Shown here: in pieces, positions 21,096 to 24,000 of the stretch
How positions within the stretch are numbered: the first letter of the stretch is position 1
How the letters are laid out: each line of letters opens with the position of its first letter
NCBI GenBank assembly: GCA_001896885.1
Contig: MKRJ01000011.1
Span: 80,265-104,264, forward strand
From: Rhizobiales bacterium 65-79
GTDB taxonomy: Bacteria > Pseudomonadota > Alphaproteobacteria > Rhizobiales > Rhizobiaceae
Reading direction: 5' to 3'
Length of the DNA: 24,000 bases
Translations under genes and position numbers: made by a program
Notes under the pieces: model-generated
What the model saw: the letters and a program-made list of their open reading frames with translations, nothing else
The model's database searches: none
What the model was told of the DNA's origin: nothing

Positions 21096-21854
21096 TCAGG
21101 CGCTCATGCCGCCGTCGACCATCAGCATCGTGCCGGTGGTGAAGCTCGACTGGTCGGAGGCGAGATAGAGCGCCGAGCGGGCGATCTCGCCGGGTTCGGC
21201 ATGGCGGCCGAGCGGGATGATCTCGTTGAAGAATTCGGTGCCGTCGCGGCCGATGACGCCGGAGAGGTCGGCCTCGACCGCGCCCTGGAAGGAATTCGCC
21301 ACCGGTCCCGGATGCAGCGTGTTGACGCGAATGCGGCGCGGCGCAAGCTCCTTGGCTAGGCAGCGCATCAGGCCCACCTGCGCGTGCTTGGCCGTGATGT
21401 AGCCGTAGACGCCGGGATCGCCGCGCGTGCCGGCGACGCTCGACATGATGACGATGCTGCCGCCGTCGGCCATCTTTGGCACCGCTGCCCGGATGAGCAG
21501 GAAGGCTCCCTTGACGTGGACGCGATAGACCGCATCGAAGACTTCCTCGGGATACTCCCCGATCGGGGCGACGGTGCCGAAATTCCCCGCATTGCTGACG
21601 ACGACGTCGAGCCGGCCGAAGGCGGCAAGCGCCGTATCGACCATGCGCTCCGCATCCTGGGCGCGGGTGACGTCACCGGCGACCGCCACCGTCCGTTCGC
21701 TTCCGATCTCGTCGCGCGCCGTGGCGAGCGCGCTTTCGTCGAGGTCGGACAGGACGAGTTTCGCTCCTTCTCCGGCGAAGAGTTTCGCGATGGCCCGACC
21801 GAGGCTGCCGGCTCCGCCGGTGATGAGACAAACCTTGTCCTGCAAAGCATTCAT
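21096..21854 (-). CDS. short-chain dehydrogenase/reductase (SDR family, classical)
   Basis: Cofactor motif TGGAGSLGRAIA, NAG, catalytic S...YGYITAKHA, HPGPVANSF, C-terminal GTMLMVDGGMSA. Confidence 0.93.
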   Translation of the reverse strand: MNALQDKVCLITGGAGSLGRAIAKLFAGEGAKLVLSDLDESALATARDEIGSERTVAVAGDVTRAQDAERMVDTALAAFGRLDVVVSNAGNFGTVAPIGEYPEEVFDAVYRVHVKGAFLLIRAAVPKMADGGSIVIMSSVAGTRGDPGVYGYITAKHAQVGLMRCLAKELAPRRIRVNTLHPGPVANSFQGAVEADLSGVIGRDGTEFFNEIIPLGRHAEPGEIARSALYLASDQSSFTTGTMLMVDGGMSA

Positions 21855-22014
21855 GATGTGCCCTCCCGGCGTCGGCCGCCGGACGATAGCGACGGCCGGC
21901 TGCCTTTCCAATCTCGCATTACCCTCTCGACGCGCGGATCGGAAAGGGGCATTCTCGCCGAAATACTGGCGGCCCCGCCCTATTGTCGTGGGCCGAGACG
22001 GAGGAGCAAAGCTC

Positions 22015-22602
22015 ATGCGAAACTTCCATGGCGCCATCCTGCCGGCGCCTGCCTTTCCGACCGTCGACTGGGCCGCGATCCGGACCGGCCTTCAACGCGT
22101 GACATGGGAAGATGTCTTCCGCCAGTTGACGATAAAGCGTCTTGCCGGCGGCACCGCCGTGCTTCTGCTCATCCTGTTCTCGTTCGGTTGGGCCACACGC
22201 AACGACCCTTCCCAGAAACCCTACCTGGCGGTCATCGGCGGGGGCTTCATCTATAATTACCGGGAAGGCGAGGAATTCTACGACGTGGTCACCGAGGTCA
22301 AGAAGCCGCTCGCCGAAGGATCGATCGTCGAGGTCGAATTCGAAAATCCGGCCGGCGGCGCCCCCTTGGTCGTCTCGGAGCGCGTGAGCGCGCAGACCAA
22401 CCGTTACGCCTTCCATTCGCCGCAGATCCACGGCGTCGTCGGCGGCAAGCCCTACAAGGTCGTGATCCGCGTCTATGACCGCGAAAAGACGAAACTGATC
22501 TGGTCGACCACCCGCAATTTCAAGAGCGATCTCGACGACAACGTCGTGCCCAAGAAGCCGGTGGTCATCGGACCCGGCTATACGCCAAATCCCGATCTCT
22601 AA
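22015..22602 (+). CDS. hypothetical protein with a single N-proximal TM segment and a beta-rich periplasmic-like domain
   Basis: 195 aa; TM LAGGTAVLLLILFSFGWA; preceded by a purine-rich RBS (cggaggag); followed by an intrinsic terminator. Confidence 0.72.
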   Translation: MRNFHGAILPAPAFPTVDWAAIRTGLQRVTWEDVFRQLTIKRLAGGTAVLLLILFSFGWATRNDPSQKPYLAVIGGGFIYNYREGEEFYDVVTEVKKPLAEGSIVEVEFENPAGGAPLVVSERVSAQTNRYAFHSPQIHGVVGGKPYKVVIRVYDREKTKLIWSTTRNFKSDLDDNVVPKKPVVIGPGYTPNPDL

Positions 22603-22620
22603 TGCCGGTTCCCGTACGTG

Positions 22621-22647
22621 AACGGCGGGCTTGGCCCGCCGTTTTCA
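22621..22647 (+). terminator. Rho-independent terminator downstream of the hypothetical gene
   Basis: Perfect 10-bp stem AACGGCGGGC-TTG-GCCCGCCGTT followed by TTTC, 18 bp after the stop codon. Confidence 0.85.
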
Positions 22648-22725
22648 TTGCGGCAGTCGATCGAGGAAAAATAGGCCTTTACGCAATCGAAGATCGCCGG
22701 CCGGCGACGCGGAGGAGTTTGCGGC

Positions 22726-24000
22726 ATGTATCTCGGACTTGATCTGGGCACGTCGGGCGTCAAGGCGCTGCTGATCGACGAGCGGCAGGCGGTGATCGGG
22801 TCGGCGAACGGCGCGCTCGATATTTCGCGCCCGCATCCGGGCTGGTCGGAACAGGACCCGGCGCACTGGATCCGCGCCACCGGGGATGCCGTCGACGCGC
22901 TCAAGGCGGCGCACCCGCAGGCGCTTGCCGCCGTCAAGGGCATAGGCCTTTCCGGCCAGATGCACGGCGCGACGCTTCTCGGCGCCGCGGACGAGGTGCT
23001 CAGGCCTTGCATATTGTGGAACGACACGCGCAGTTTCCTCGAGGCGGCGGCGCTCGACGCCGATCCGCGCTTCCGCGCCGTCACTGGCAACATCGTCTTT
23101 CCGGGTTTCACGGCGCCGAAGCTCGTCTGGGTCAGGAAGAATGAACCCGGAATCTTCGCGAAGGTGAGGAAGGTACTGCTGCCGAAGGACTATCTGCGCC
23201 TCTGGCTGACCGGCGAGCACATATCGGAAATGTCGGATGCCAGCGGCACGGCCTGGCTCGATGTCGCGGCGCGACGCTGGTCGGACGAGCTGCTGAGGGC
23301 GACGGAGCTCGACGAAAGCCATATGCCGTCTCTCGTGGAGGGTACGGATCGCGCCGGCGTGCTGAGGCCGGAACTCGCCGCGCGATGGGGGATCGGCGGT
23401 GCCGTGGTCGTCGCCGGCGGGGCGGGAGACAATGCCGCTTCCGCCTGCGGCATGGGCACGATCGGCGAGGGCCAGGCCTTCGTCTCGCTCGGCACGTCGG
23501 GCGTTCTGTTCGCCGCCAACGCCACCTATCTGCCGAACCCGGAAAGCGCGGTCCACGCTTTCTGCCACGCGCTGCCCGCCACCTGGCACCAGATGGGGGT
23601 GATCCTGTCGGCAACAGATTCGCTGAACTGGCTCTCGGAAATCACCGGCCGCTCGGCCGCGGAACTGACCGGCGAACTCGGCGAGACGCTGAGGGCGCCG
23701 AGCGGGGTGACCTTCCTGCCCTATCTGTCGGGCGAGCGTACGCCTTATAACGATGCCACGATCCGCGGCGCCTTCGCAGGCCTCGGCCACGAAGCGGACC
23801 GTGCCGCCCTGGCGCAGGCCGTGCTTGAGGGTGTTGCGTTTGCCTTTCGCGATTGCCTCGAAGCGCTGAAGAAGGCGGGCACGAGGCTCGATCGCGTCAC
23901 CGCGATCGGCGGCGGCTCACGCTCGGCCTATTGGCTGAAGGCGATCGCAACCGCCCTCGGCCTGCCGGTCGACATACCCGCCGAGGGCGATTTCGGCGCC
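22726..24000 (+). CDS. xylB: xylulokinase (FGGY family), N-terminal part, runs off window
   Basis: MYLGLDLGTSGVKALLID, GIGLSGQMHGATLL, ILWNDTRS, FLPYLSGERTPYNDATIRGAF, GGGSRSAYW. Confidence 0.93.
   Translation, partial: MYLGLDLGTSGVKALLIDERQAVIGSANGALDISRPHPGWSEQDPAHWIRATGDAVDALKAAHPQALAAVKGIGLSGQMHGATLLGAADEVLRPCILWNDTRSFLEAAALDADPRFRAVTGNIVFPGFTAPKLVWVRKNEPGIFAKVRKVLLPKDYLRLWLTGEHISEMSDASGTAWLDVAARRWSDELLRATELDESHMPSLVEGTDRAGVLRPELAARWGIGGAVVVAGGAGDNAASACGMGTIGEGQAFVSLGTSGVLFAANATYLPNPESAVHAFCHALPATWHQMGVILSATDSLNWLSEITGRSAAELTGELGETLRAPSGVTFLPYLSGERTPYNDATIRGAFAGLGHEADRAALAQAVLEGVAFAFRDCLEALKKAGTRLDRVTAIGGGSRSAYWLKAIATALGLPVDIPAEGDFGA

Overview
High-GC, alphaproteobacterial-type autotrophy/phototrophy locus. 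Left part (1-8145) is a piece of a photosynthesis gene cluster: bchB (partial)-bchN-bchF on the minus strand, then ppaA/aerR, ppsR/crtJ, bchG, a BCH2/PucC-family MFS gene, bchP and a small membrane ORF on the plus strand. It abuts, with a 7-bp convergent gap, a compact form IC Calvin-cycle operon on the minus strand (fbp-prk-cbbL-cbbS-cbbX-rpe) with divergent cbbR. The right part holds an orphan membrane-protein gene, a Liv-type (HAAT) ABC transporter operon (substrate-binding protein gene with an apparent 1-nt frameshift, livG, livF, livH, livM) followed by a DAD-like cupin gene, a convergent SDR gene, a membrane-anchored hypothetical, a strong intrinsic terminator and a partial xylulokinase gene. 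I found no CRISPR array, transposon, tRNA or defence-like system. The most unusual observation is that the fructose-bisphosphatase-like gene in the cbb operon is an intact ORF but has lost most canonical metal-ligand and several substrate-binding residues, which suggests a pseudoenzyme or repurposed protein. Secondary points are an H298N-equivalent substitution in CbbL, a single-cysteine PpsR, imperfect tandem PpsR-like sites at ppaA/bchF, a hairpin after the transporter substrate-binding gene, and the frameshift. All family assignments are by recall of family motifs; no database search was run.
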